DNA of 64,000 bases from Squalus acanthias (Eukaryota): positions 145,702,001 to 145,766,000 of the forward strand of contig CM059431.1 in the NCBI GenBank assembly GCA_030390025.1. Reading direction: 5' to 3'. The position numbers were made by a program, and so were the translations under genes. The notes under the pieces were generated by a model. It was not told where the DNA came from and ran no database searches. It saw only the letters and a list, made by a program, of their open reading frames with translations. Below are positions 38,469 to 51,239 of this stretch, in pieces; position 1 is the first letter of the stretch, and each line of letters starts with the position of its first letter.

Positions 38469-40210
38469 ATTGTACGGCCAATAATTTTACAGATACGGGA
38501 CATTTACTACCATATCCTCGCAGCATTTGGCATTCCCGGTAAGTCAATGTATCCTGTTGCCTAATACCTGCTGACTATCTCAGTGTTAATGTAAGAGATT
38601 CCGAGAATGTCCATATTGCAGAGTCATTTATTCACCGGGATCTGTCGGTGAATATTAGCGGCAATCCTAGTCGTCCGCGCGACCGCTGAGGCACTGTTCT
38701 GGTCGCTACATCCCGGGCACCGGACGCTCAAAGTTCCTCCCTATACTGAGGGAGGGCGAGGCTGATTCCCCGGCCCCTCCAACAACACATAGCTCACTGA
38801 AGAATGTGCTGCTCAGTGCCCATAGCAATCACCTCATTTGTGCCGTAGTTCCCTTTCTACATTAAGTGACTCGGACTGCAGAAATCTCCACCCAACAGGG
38901 GATTGTGAAAGGTATTTTACGAAATAATTTTCACTCAGGAAGGTGCTCCCCTCCTCTCGGCAGCTTTTGAGTATAATTTGAAAGTTTTTTTTTGTCGGAG
39001 TTGAATGTTTTATTTGAATTATATCTTTCCTTTAATTGCTGTGGAATTATATTTAATACTTGATTGAAGTTTGCTGGACGGACGGCGGATTTTCAGTTCC
39101 TCGATATTGAATGTTCAGTGATTTCATTCCTTTAAATAAAGTGTCTTCACCATCGCCTAAATTAATGAAAAAACCCGTCCGCATAACGCTGACTAGGACC
39201 ACATCTGATCATTTCCCCACAATAATCTGTGAGATTTATCTCAATGAACCAATTACTGACCTCTTCTCCCTCATTCTCACAGCGAACCTACTGACAATCG
39301 TGATTCTCTCCAGAGGAAACTGCGGCCTTTCCATGTGTATCTCAGTCTACATGGTGGCCATGGCAACAGCAGATCTACTGGTCATGACCATCAATATATT
39401 AGTGAACCGCATTTTACGTTATCACTTTCCACATTCATTTCTGTCGTTAACTGCCGTTTGTAAGATCATTATATACCTGCAATGTGTCGCCCTGTATTTG
39501 TCGGTGTGGTTTACAGTCTCGTTCATATTAGACCGATTTGTAGCTATATGTTGTCAGAAGTTTAAAACAAAGTATTGCACAGTGAGACCTGCGGCCGCGG
39601 TTATAACAACGGTCTCTGTCCTGATCTGTTTACAGAGCCTCGTGTTTTGGTTTGCATTTGAACCTGAGCAAATCATTAACAATGTTCACTGGGGTTGCCG
39701 CTCCAGAGTGGAGTTTTCTTCATCGCCTGTAGGAGTGGCGTTTCCCTGTTACGTAGCATTTGTTTTTCTTGGCTTAGTTTCGCTTTGATATTACTGTTTA
39801 ATTGTTTGACAGCCAGACGTATTTTAGTGGCCAGTCGAACCCGCAGGGGACTCCGGGGTCACAGCAGTGAGAATCAGAGCGATCCAGAGATGGAGAGCCG
39901 AAGAAAATCCATCATTTTACTGTTCACTCTATCGGCCAGTATCATACTATTGTGGCTGACAACTATGGTTACTAATTTAACTACCAGACTGACAAGCACC
40001 GTGCATTACCGAGGCGATTATGCGGCCCCTGCCTATATTGCCACTGAAACCGGATATATGCTCATGTATTTGAGTTCCTGTACAAACACGTGTATTTATG
40101 CAGCTACTCAAACTAAATTCAGGGAAGAGCTGAAGCAGGCGATGAAAACACCTTGGACATTTATTTGCAAATAAAAGAAAATATAAAACAAGGATTTCGG
40201 TCCAAACTAG
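38469..40210 (+). pseudogene. GPR139-like GPCR paralog, pseudogenised (exon 1 38469-38538, exon 2 from 39283)
   Basis: ATG>ATT at 38469, 1-nt deletion near 39741-39748, TAC>TAA at 40172-40174; splice sites retained. Confidence 0.85.
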
Positions 40211-43169
40211 AGTCCAATAACTATGGGTTGCTGTTGTGAATATAAAAAAGTATCAGAAAACCTACCTCCCACTTTGTGTCGTGTGTTTGATGTCTGCCGC
40301 TTTCCCCGGGTGAACATAATCGATTTCCGTAAAACAGCGCCCTTCCCGCTCAAGTTCCAAAGAGAATAGTCATGATTGAGCTTCAGCAGTGGAGTAGAAC
40401 ATGTATGCGTCAGCGTTAACTGCCTCACACCGCAGGGACTGGAATGAGACGCCCCAGTTTAATTAATAGTTAAAGTTTCCTTTAGTGCGGATACAATGAG
40501 TTGCAATGGTGGTTATCTGTAATTCTGTAATCTCGGTGTGAATGTTGCAGGTGCTGGTCTCCCCATCAGACTCCGGCCCCCATTGTCTCCTGGACCAACA
40601 GAACGGGGCCTGTCTCCTGATTAGTGTCTGATGTTGGAGACAGCAGGAACTTGTCTCGTCAATGTGACATTAGACATCTTTGGTCACAGATGTTTACTTA
40701 AATCCCAAACTGGTCATCAAATTTTGTAGAATTGATGACAGGAGAACAGATATTTTTACCCAACCAGTCCGTGTCCGCGTTTACACTGCACCCTAGAAAA
40801 TAGTTCCATTCACTTTACCCACCTTATCTCAACATCCCATCAACCTTTTTTTATTCATTGTTATATCCAATCCACAGCCTCACAACTCTCCATGAGGTTT
40901 ATGCTACACTCAGTTCTAAATTTCTTCCATTTATCATATTATCTATGGCAGTTAATTTTTGATCCTCAACTAATGGAAGTTGTTTCCTTCTATCTATGCT
41001 GTCAAGCCCCTTCTTAACGTAAGTCACCTTGGCACGACTCGCAAAAAGGTATAAATCTGGAATCAATGCACAATCTCGTGAAAGTCAATACATTTTAGTT
41101 AAGATTGTTAATTGATAGCTTTCCGTTGGAGACGTTTGTGTCCTTGCTTAAACTGAATAATGAGAAGAATGTAGTTGATAGCTTGAAATCTAGCACCTAC
41201 AGAATCCGCACCACCCCCCGTTACCCGGATTGACAGAAAAGGCAGGAATGGTTTGTGTCGGATGTATTGCGCTGCATGATCTTGGATTATCGCTGTGTGT
41301 GCAGAAGTGACGTGTTGTGCAAGAAGCAACTAGCCTGCGATATTCATGATGAAGATTCCATGGCGAACAGGTCCAAGACACGGTCAATCATGCTGAAAAC
41401 AACCCTACTTGAAAAGGTTAATGTGGCTCTGGAGAGTTTAATGTGTAAAACCCATCGGTAGAGATCTGCACAAAAGAATAGACCGCAATAGATATACGTT
41501 GCTGATGAGATATAGTTTAATGCTGACCTTAAATACTCTAATGCTACGACAGAGGGCACTGTACGGGAAGGGAGAATCAGACGGTCCTGAAGTTTGATAA
41601 TATTATACTGTATTGGTTGATCTTAATATTGTTGTAATGTTAACCTTTAGCCTTTGCCTGTTAAGCAGTAAATTTAAAGAAGAACTGAGCTGATGACCGA
41701 GGGCTCGCCCCGCAGCAATGGTCAGATTCAGGATTCAGTAGAAGAAATGTAATTAAAGACATGTCATTGTAAACTGATTCATACATTTCAGAGAACTTTA
41801 ATCATTTGATAACAGTGTTGGAAATCTGTTAATTATTTAAAGATAAACATCTGGACTGTCATCATTTTTTTATTCGTTCATGGGATGTGTGCGGCGCTGG
41901 CAGGACCAGCATTTATTGCCCGTCCCGAATTGGCCTTGAGAAGGTGCTGGTGATCCACCCACTTAAACCGCTGCAGTCCCTGTGCTGAAGGTATTCCTAC
42001 AGTGCTGTTAGGGAGGGAGTTCCAGGATTTTGACCCAGTGCTGATGAAAAAAACGGCGATAAACTTCCAAGTCAGGATGGTGTGAGACTTGGAGGGAACT
42101 TGAGTGGTGGTGTTCCCCTGGGCCTGCTGCCCTTGTCCTTCTAGGTGGAAAAGTTTGCGGGTTTGGGAGGTGCTGCCTAAGGAACCTGGGCGAGTTAATT
42201 GGTACAAATGGTGCAGAAATAAAGACAGAGTTATAATTAAAGTATTCATTTGGTCGAATTGCAATTAAAGGATCAAGAGTGAAATTATTGGTAATATAAT
42301 GAATTAAGGTAAATTGCGTGTCAGCCCAAAGGAAAACGTGCTCTTTAAATAAATGAAACTATCATTTATGATAAAAAGATGAGTCCATTAAATTTTCCTT
42401 ATATGGAGTTGTATTTTCACTTCTATATGATTAGATAATGCAAAATTGTGAGGATTGATATGAAGAGGCAGTGGAAATGTGTTCGTTTGGAATGAACATT
42501 CGCAATGGTCCAAGATACTGAGTTCAGAACTACAACACGTTTGAATCCCCAACCAACAATCAGCAGCTGTGATTGTAGTTAGTAGCTTTAATTGTATGTT
42601 TAAGTACTATTGCATATACTGTGTGCTAAAAATACCTATGCTACCTCACTTCATTGTTCAAGAACCTGATTGAAAACCTTTCGCTAACAATAGCTTCAGT
42701 ACTTTGTGAATGAGCTTCATTTATTAATTGTGATCAAGTGCCCCCTTTACCCGTCGCTCTTCAAAGTTCCGCTTGATCCTGAGTTTCTGTAAAAGCCAAT
42801 CTCCACTTGGTTTCAAGTCTCTGTGGAGACCAGGCTTTGCCAATCCGGCTGCCATCCAGCTTCTGGGGCAGTGATTATGAGTTTGGAGTAATTCTGTGTA
42901 ACAGGCACATTCTCATTTAACTGGAGTCAGACGACCAACAGTACTTAAGGCACCAGTCAGGCTTCATGCAGAGGTTTTCACTCCATCAGACTCAGATGCG
43001 ATGTATCTGCACCCAGCTACAATCGTGTGAAGTCGATATGTAATCATCCACATCATCCAAAATCAAAAAGTAAAATAGAAAGCAAAGTTAACCATTACAT
43101 TAGAGTGTCAAATTCCACCCCATATGGTTGTGATTCTCGCCCACGTTTCGAGTTAAACAGCCACTACTT

Positions 43170-43335
43170 AAAAATCTCTCTTCCCTATACTTTTCCAATT
43201 CTGACGGAGGGTTCGATCCGAAACGTTGACTCTGTTGCTCTCTCCTCGATGCGGCCTGACCTACTGAGTGTTTCCAGCAGTTTCTGTTGTTATTTCAGAT
43301 TTCCAGCATCCGCTCTATTTTGCTATTCTTATTGA
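43170..43335 (+). mobile_element. Penelope-like terminal fragment with a degenerate hammerhead core
   Basis: CTGACGG-AGGGTTCGATCC-GAAAC-GTT at 43201-43227; similar to 9980-10080. Confidence 0.55.
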
Positions 43336-43419
43336 ACATTTGTTGTGTTCTCCTGGCATTCCTGTGCCCTCTATTTGTTATTAAACGGTTAATATCTTTC
43401 CATGACCCTACTTCTAAAT

Positions 43420-45300
43420 AAATGGTTTATGTTCCCCCTGGTCCCAATTTATAATTAAACAGTTACAGCATTCCCCATAATTCCCCTGTCCTCTCTTTCG
43501 AATTAAAAAGTTAACATCTTCCCATTACTTCCCCTGTCCTCTATTTCTAATTAAACAGTTACTGTGTACCCCTAAATTACCCTCTCCTCTATTTCTAATT
43601 AAACGGTTACTGTGTTCCCCTAAATTACCGTGTCCTCTATCTCTAATTTCACAGTTACTTTGTACCCCTAAATTACCCTGTCCACTATTTCTAATTAAAC
43701 AGTTACTGTGTTCCCCTAAATTACAATGACCACTATTTCTAATTAAAAAGTTACTGTGTTCACCTAACTTACCCTGTCCTCTATCTCTAATTACACAGTT
43801 ACTCTGTTCCCCTAAATGAACCTGAACTCTATCACTAATTACACAGTTACTGTGTTCCCCTAAATTACCCTGTCCTCTATCTCTAATTACACAGGTACTG
43901 TGTTCCCCTAAATTACCCTGTCCTCTATCTCTAATTACACAGTTATTGTGTTCCCCTAAATTACCCTGCCCACTATTTCCAATTAAACAGTTACTGTGTT
44001 CAGCTAAATTACCCTGTCCTTTATCTCTAATTACAGTTACTGTGTTCACCTAAATGACCCGGTACTCTATCTCTAATTACACAGTTACTGTGTTCCCCTG
44101 AATTATCCTGTCCTCTGTCTCTAATTAAACTGTTACTGTGTTCCCCTAAATTATCCTGCCCTCTATCTCTAATTACACAGATACTGTGATCCCCTAAATT
44201 ACCCTGTCCTCTATCTCTAATTACAGAGCTACTGTGTTCATCTAAATTACCCTGTCCTCTATCTCTAATTACACAGTTACTGTGTTCCCCTAAATTAGCC
44301 TGCCCTCTATCTCTAATTACACATTTACTGTGATCCCCTAAATTACCCTGTCCTCTCTCTCTAATTACAGAGTTACTGTGTTTCCCTAAATTACCCTGTC
44401 CTCTATCTCTAATTACACAGTTTCTGCGTTCCCCTAAATTACCCTGTCCTCTATCTCTAATTACACAGTTATTGTGTTCCTCTAAATTACCCTGTCCTCT
44501 ATCTCTAATTAAACTGTTACTGTGTTCCCCTAAATTACCTTGTCCTCTATCTCTAATTAAACAGTTATTGTGTTCCCCTAATTTACCCTGTCCATTATAT
44601 CTAATTAAACTGTTACTGTGTTCCCCTAAATTACCCTGTCCACTATTTCTAAGTAAACAGTTACTGTGTTCCCCTAATTTACCCTGTCCATTATCTCTAA
44701 TTAAACTGTTACTGTGTTCCCCTAAATTACCCTGTCCTCTATCTCTAATTACACAGTTACTGTGTTGACCTAAATTTCCCTCGCCTTCATCTCTAATTAC
44801 ACAGTTACTTTGTTTACCTAAATTACCCTGCCCTCTACCTCTAATTAAACTGTTACTGTGTTCCCCTAAATTACCCTGTCCTATATCTCTAATTACACAG
44901 TTGCTGTGTTCCACTAAATTACCCTGTCCTCTATACCTAATTACACAGTTACTGTGTTCCCCTAAATTACCCTCTCTTCTATCTCTAATTGCACAGTTAC
45001 TGTGTTCCCCTAAATTACCCTGCCCTCTATCTCTAATTACACAGTTTCTGTGTTCCCCTAAATTACCCTGTCCTCTATCTCTAATTACACAGTTACTGTG
45101 TTCACCTAAATGTTTCCTGTCCTCTATCTCTAATTACACTGTAACTTTGTTCGTATAGTTCCCGTTATTCTCCTGATAAGTAAGCAACTGTTATATTCAC
45201 CTAAGGTCTCCTTTATTCTATTTTTAAATAAAGAGTTGCTGCCTTCCCCTCAATTTACCTGTCCTGTAATTTAATTAAACACTTACTGTATTCCCGTGAA
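43420..45300. repeat. 48-bp minisatellite (CTCTATCTCTAATTACACAGTTACTGTGTTCCCCTAAATTACCCTGTC)n
   Basis: About 35-39 tandem units; produces 16-aa repeat ORFs on both strands. Confidence 0.96.
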
Positions 45301-45319
45301 TTCCCCTATAACCCGTCGT

Positions 45320-46390
45320 GGACGGTCCAAGCTCATGTTGTCCCCTAAAACCATTTCCTGCTTCCTGAACCCCATTGCCTCTAAACTGCTGACCTTCCAG
45401 TTCCTGTTCCTAGCCCCATGCTATCTGATATTGTGAAGGGTTCCATCTGCTCTGGTACTGTCCCCCTCCCTTTCAGAACTGCCGCCATCACTCCCTCCTG
45501 ACAAATCCACCCTTGACCTCTCTGACTTTTGCAATCTACCGCCCCATCTCCAACATCATATTCCTGTCAAAAGTATTTGAACTTATTGTCGCCTCCCAAA
45601 TTCGTGTCCATCTTTCCCGTAATTCCCTGTTTGAATCTCTCCAATCATTTTTCTGCCTTTGCACAGCACTTGAAACGGCCCTATTGAAGTCACAAATTAT
45701 ATCCTCTGTGACTGAGACCATGGTGCACTGTCCCCTTTCATTCTTCCCGTCTTTGACACGGATGACAACTCCATCCTTCTCCACGCCTCTCCTACATTTT
45801 TCATCTGTGTGGAACAGCCCACGCCTCGTTCCACTCTAACCTATGCAGCCTGAGCCAGAGAATATCCTGAAATGGCTTATCTTCGCGCTCTCGCACCGTT
45901 ACCTCTAACCCCAAAGGTTATCCTCTTTGATCCTTCTATTTCGCATCTACATGCTGCTCCTTGGCGACATCAGCCGAAAACACAACATCAGATTCCACGT
46001 GTGTGCTGTAGACACACAACTCTTTCTCACTACCAACTCTCTCAACTCATCCACTGTCTCTGTGTTGTCAAATAGCTTGTCTGCCCTCCATACATGGATG
46101 AGCCAAAATGTCCTCCTGTGCATCGTCCACTGTCTTCGCCCTACAATGCCAGCCGTGCCTTTAGATGCATCGGCTCTAAAAACGGAAATTCCCTCCCTGA
46201 AACTCGGCATTTCTGCTCTCCTTTAAGACTCTCCTTAAGACCAACCTCTGATCACGATTTTGGTCACCTGTCCGCATATCTCCTTCTTTGGCTCCGTGTC
46301 CTTTTGTGTCTGATTACGCTCATTGGAAGCGCCTTGGGGCGTTTTATTAATTTAATTGCACTACATAAATGAACGTTGTTGTAATAAAAA
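45320..46390 (+). mobile_element. L2-like LINE 3' fragment
   Basis: YRPISNIIFLSKVFELIV, ETALLK, degenerate YADDTQL; 3' end CTACATAAATGAACGTTGTTGT. Confidence 0.8.
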
Positions 46391-46489
46391 GTCCATGCTG
46401 GCCAGTCCTCTCAGCCAGATGCATCTAGGTAGTTATGTCCATTTTGGGTTGCGGGGGTGGGGGGAGGTGGGTGGGGGAGGACGTTGGGC

Positions 46490-48020
46490 TGCAGCGATCA
46501 ATCTATTATAATGAGCAGAGCATCATAGTCAAGTTTCTGGTCAATGGTGAACCCTAGGATATTGATGGAGGGATATTCAGTGATGGTAATGCCGTTGAAT
46601 GTCAAGGGCCAGTGGTTAAACTTTATTTTGTTGGAGATAGTCATTGCCTGTCACTTGTGTGGCGCGAAAGTTACTTGCCTCTTATCAGGCCAAGCCTGAA
46701 TGCCGTCTAGGTCTTGCTGCATGCGGGCAGGGACTGCTTCATTATCTGAGGAGATGCGAATGGAACTGAACACTGTGTAATCATCAAGGAACATCCCCAA
46801 TACTGACCTTATGATGGAGGGAAGGTCATTGATGAAGTAGCTAAAGATTGTTGGGCCTAGGAAACTTTTCTGAAGATATCCTGCAGCGTTGTCCTGGGGC
46901 TTTGATGATTGACCTCCAATCACCACAACCATCTTCATTTGTGCTAGATATGACACCAGCCAGTGGAGAGTTTTCCCCCTGATTCCCATTGACTTCAGTT
47001 TTACTCGGGCTCCTGGATGCCAAACTCGGTCGAATGCTGCCTTGATGTCAAGGGCAGCCACTCTAACATCACCGCTGATTTCAGCTATTTTGTCCATGTT
47101 TGGACCAAGGATGTAATGAGCTATGGAGCCCAGTGGACCTGGCGTAACCCGAACTGAGCATTGGTGAGCAGGTTAGTCTTGAGTGAGTGCTTGATAGCAA
47201 TGTCGATGACACCTTCCATCACTTTGCTGATGATTGCGCGAAGACTGATGGGGCAGTAAATGGCCGGGTTGGATTTGTCCTGCTTCTTGTGGACAGGGCA
47301 TACCTGGGCAGATTTCCACAATGTCGAATAGATGCCAGTGTTGCAGCTGTAAAGTTTTAAAAGGCCTAACCCTTATCCTGAGACTATGCTCCTTAGCTCT
47401 AGACACTCCAGCCGGGGGAAACAACCTCTCAGCATCTATCCTGTAAAACCCCTTCAGAATCTTGTATGTTTCAACGAGGTCACCTCTCATTATTCTAGAC
47501 CCCAGAGAGTATAGGCCCATTCTACACAATCTCTCATCATAGGACAGTCCTCTCTTCCCAGGAATCAATCTAGTGAACCTTCGTTGCACCAGCTTCAAGG
47601 CAAGTATATTAGATAAGGAGACCAAAACTGTGCACAGTACTCCAGGTGTGGTCTCACCAAGGCCCTGTACAATTGTAGCAAGATTTCCTTACTCTTATAT
47701 TCCAACCCCATTGCAAAAAAGGCCAACTTGCCATTTATCTTCCTTATTGCTTGCTGTACCTGTATGCTAGCTTTCTGTGTTTCTTGCACGAGGACACCCA
47801 AATCTCTGAACACCAACATTTGAAAGATGCTCACCATTAAATAAAAATCTGTTTTCCTATTCTTACTACCAAAGTGAATAACCTCACATTTCGCTACATT
47901 ATACTCCATCTGCCACAATACTGCCAACTCACTTAGTCTATCGATATCCCTTTGCAGACTCGTAGTGTTCTCCTTACAGCTTACTCTCCCACCTAGCTTT
48001 GTATCATCAGCAAACTTGTA
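46490..48020 (-). mobile_element. LINE family-2 RT fragment (46490-47350) joined to a CR1 RT fragment (47355-48020)
   Basis: ALDIKAAFDRVWH, FINDLP; FADDTKLGG, LEYCAQFWSP. Confidence 0.85.
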
Positions 48021-48021
48021 A

Positions 48022-48737
48022 CGAAGGAGAAACAGCTTTATTAGTAATGTTGTTAGATTTATAATCACGTCCATGGATGGTTCCAATTTTTCAACATTTT
48101 TTTTGCATAAGATACTCTCTAATGTGAAAATCTGGTTTCATGTTTGTTTGGATTAAGTGCGATTGACTCTGTCTAACAGGATCATCTCTTAGATTGAATA
48201 GTTGCAAATCTCCATGGCCTGCTGCACGCCCACAGAGGAGAGTTGCAAATATACAAAATAATCCTGTCTTTTGCGATCTGCAAGTATCTCTGGTGGAGTC
48301 TAAGGTGCTTTATTTCCGGGGTTTGGATTCCACAGATTTGCAGACAGTTTCAGCAAATATAGCAAGGGAGACTTTTTTAGCTCGGTTTTCGATAATTTGC
48401 GGCCCTTTGATGTGTGTCTGAATCAGGGCGGGCCAGGCTCGATGGACACTGGGCAGGATTGGACGGAAGTAAGCTTTCTACAGCCTGAGGGGTGTTCAAG
48501 GTTTGACTGTTCTTTTCGCAGAGCACGCACACGTATTCCCGTCTTGCTGGTGAATTGATCGTGATGTAATAGATGGGTCCAGACCACATCTCGCTGAGAA
48601 TTTATACCCGGAACTTCTGCTCTTTGCTTGATTTGTTTTGACAGTAACTCTATCCTCGCCTGCTGTGTGATTTCTTTTTTTGGACTATCTCTAGTTTCGA
48701 CTCTAAATCGCTGTGTTAAGACACAAACTTTAATAAC
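48022..48737. repeat. ~720-bp unassigned sequence, directly repeated at 54330-55069
   Basis: Colinear similarity from GAAGGAGA.ACAGCTTTATTAGTAAT to TTTAATAAC; paired ORFs 48377-48589 and 54698-54910. Confidence 0.85.
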
Positions 48738-51239
48738 GTCAAAAAACCTTTTGGCTGTTGTGGCCTCTACGCCGGATGATTCACAAAGAATGTCAGGAAA
48801 CTAAAATCGTCCATAATACAGACATTTCCCAATCCAATGCCCATCCAAGGACTCTTGGCCATAGCAGGCCATTGATTGCTTTAGAGATAATAAAAAAACC
48901 GGATTATGATTTAATTCTACTTTGTACACATCTCTATTTGAGCGGATGATCTCTATAGTCGTATAGGAGTTGTGCTCTCATAAGGGAGGAAACAGTTGAA
49001 GAGATTATTTCGTGCTGATCTCATTGGACGAGTCCGGAGTCATTCCCCTCATCCACTTCAAATTGACCTCAGTTTACTTACGGTGGCCAAGTGGTGAAGC
49101 TGCTGCGCTCCAGATCCATTAGGCGGTGCAGGTACGGATTCCTGTCCCGGATTCGCCTCTGAGTCAGTGACGGTTGTGAAGCTTGCTGCATTGTATCACA
49201 TTGGGCAAAGCTCGCCTTGGACTAGCCCAGTGCCAGTCTACTGGTCCAACTGCACCTAGTCCCATCCAGTATATTTATTCATTTGTGTTCAGAGTGCCTC
49301 GTCAGAAAGTACTCCTTGACCTGGGGACTGTAACAGGTGTGAGGGATTAATTTGGGATTGTTACCTTGAACTGACTGGATCCAAATAGTTCAGTCTTTAA
49401 CTGATTTTCTGACGTCGGCGTTTTCTAGAGCGATTAATTTCCTTTACTAATATAGCGACATCTTTCCCATTCTTTCCACCGCTCTCCATCCGGAAACAAA
49501 TATAACCTTTATGGAGGGGAGATTGGCTTCAATCCTACAACACTGGCACTGAAGAACCTAAGTTATTGATAAACAGTAACAGGTGTTCACTTATATACCT
49601 GAGTACTCTACCACAGACTGTTTAGCTGGAAGGACAGTTTATTTTTATATAGCAAGTCAGCCTTACAAACAACGGCCCCCTCCCACTGCTCGACGGTATC
49701 GACTGCATCTGCCTGTACCACGTTGTTCAAGTTGGACTATATCAGCCTCGAGGTGCTTCAAAAGGTTTTTCCCTCGTTAGTTCTCACACTGACAACTGTG
49801 AGATAGAATCTATTCCGTACTTATTACATTTTTGTTTCATTATTTTGATTCTAACATGTTCAAATTGATTGATAATATTACTTTTATTGTGTTGTGTTCC
49901 TCAGGGTGTTATATAGCGCTTATTATATCATTTCCCCACAACTTCAATGCAGTTAATCCCAGGTCAGCTGCGGCAGCTTCTGTATTCTCTGAACTCTGTG
50001 AATTGCGCTTCTGCATTGATCAGGTAGAAAGACAAATAGGATGTAATCAAACATGTTTGCAAAAATTAAAGGCATCTAACACTGAGCTAAACAGAGTTGA
50101 GTGCAAGAAACAGCTAAAGAAAACGAAGGCTGCCATTAGATCAGCTAAAAGGCTTATGGAAAAGATGATGGTTGATAATTGTGGAAGTTATGGTGAAGTT
50201 TTTTCAGTGATGTGAAGAGTCTGTGAACTTTGAAAATCTGTATTGGGCCATTGAACATTGGTCAAGTTCACCTTACAACGGACTCACTGGGTCTGGATAA
50301 ATAATAAATTATCACTTTTCATCGGTCCTGACTCTTGAAGACTATATTCGACTGTAAGAATTGAATGATTTGAATAATAAAACTAGTAATACAATAAATG
50401 AACATTTAGCTTTATAAAGATTTAATAAGGATAAATTTGACAGAGCAGCCTAAACTCAGGAGTGATCTGATTGCGGATCACAAGAAAATGGTTTGTAACA
50501 TTACCAGTTAACTTTTATTAGTGGTGTTGTAAATTTACCTTTACATTTCATTGTATAAGTATCTGTCAGCGGATTCAATTCATTATGAGACTGAGACACG
50601 CTGCAAAATTAATGAATTTCAGAATAAGAATTTGCATTTAACATAAATATAAAACGTTCTAATATATCTGCCGACTCCTCTGTGTCTGATTCCCCCTCCT
50701 CCTTCTCCGTGCCGCTCCTTCCAGTGCTTCATGTCTGGTTCCCCACCTGTTCTGTTCCTGATGTTTCCTTCCCTCCCCCACCTGCTACAATCCTAATTCT
50801 CCCCTTTACCTTCCTTTTCTCCTGCACGGTTCCTGATTCAGTCCCTGCTTCCGTTCACCCTCCGGCTCTGTATCTGATGTTCCCTATCCTTCCCTTTCCA
50901 TCTCTTCTGCAACTGATTATCTTCCCTGCTTCCCTTTCCATCCTGCTACATGTCTGGTTCTCACTTCCCACAAAGGACACATCAAAGCTATTCAAAGTAC
51001 TCCATGTCACACTAAGTGTCCACATAATCCCCCATAACCTACAGAGTCCCTCTCCTATTAACTTCAGCGAATGCAGTTACCGATTGGGAAAACAGTTCCT
51101 ACAATACCAGGCTAGCAGCCGCCTCCTGTTTCTCTTCAATATTCCTTTATTTTTGCTCACACATCTCCATATTAAAAACTTCCATTGTTTCTCATTCTAC
51201 CCGATGGTTTTATCTTTTGTCTGTCGCTGCCTCAAATAG

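Larger units (their letters stand above)
32867..42316. repeat. Right arm of the inverted segmental duplication
   Basis: Reverse complement of 16471-25530 throughout. Confidence 0.93.

Noticed and set aside
43525..45158. Repeat-protein ORFs of 174 and 295 aa
   Set aside because: Explained by a 48-bp unit that lacks stops; no unique domains, and frames break
49832..50460. 127-aa ORF
   Set aside because: C-terminal part resembles a decayed CR1 ORF2 linker (KAAIRSAKR...FF); not a gene
50682..51239. 185-aa Pro/Leu/Phe-rich ORF
   Set aside because: Pyrimidine-rich low-complexity sequence, non-ATG start, no domain
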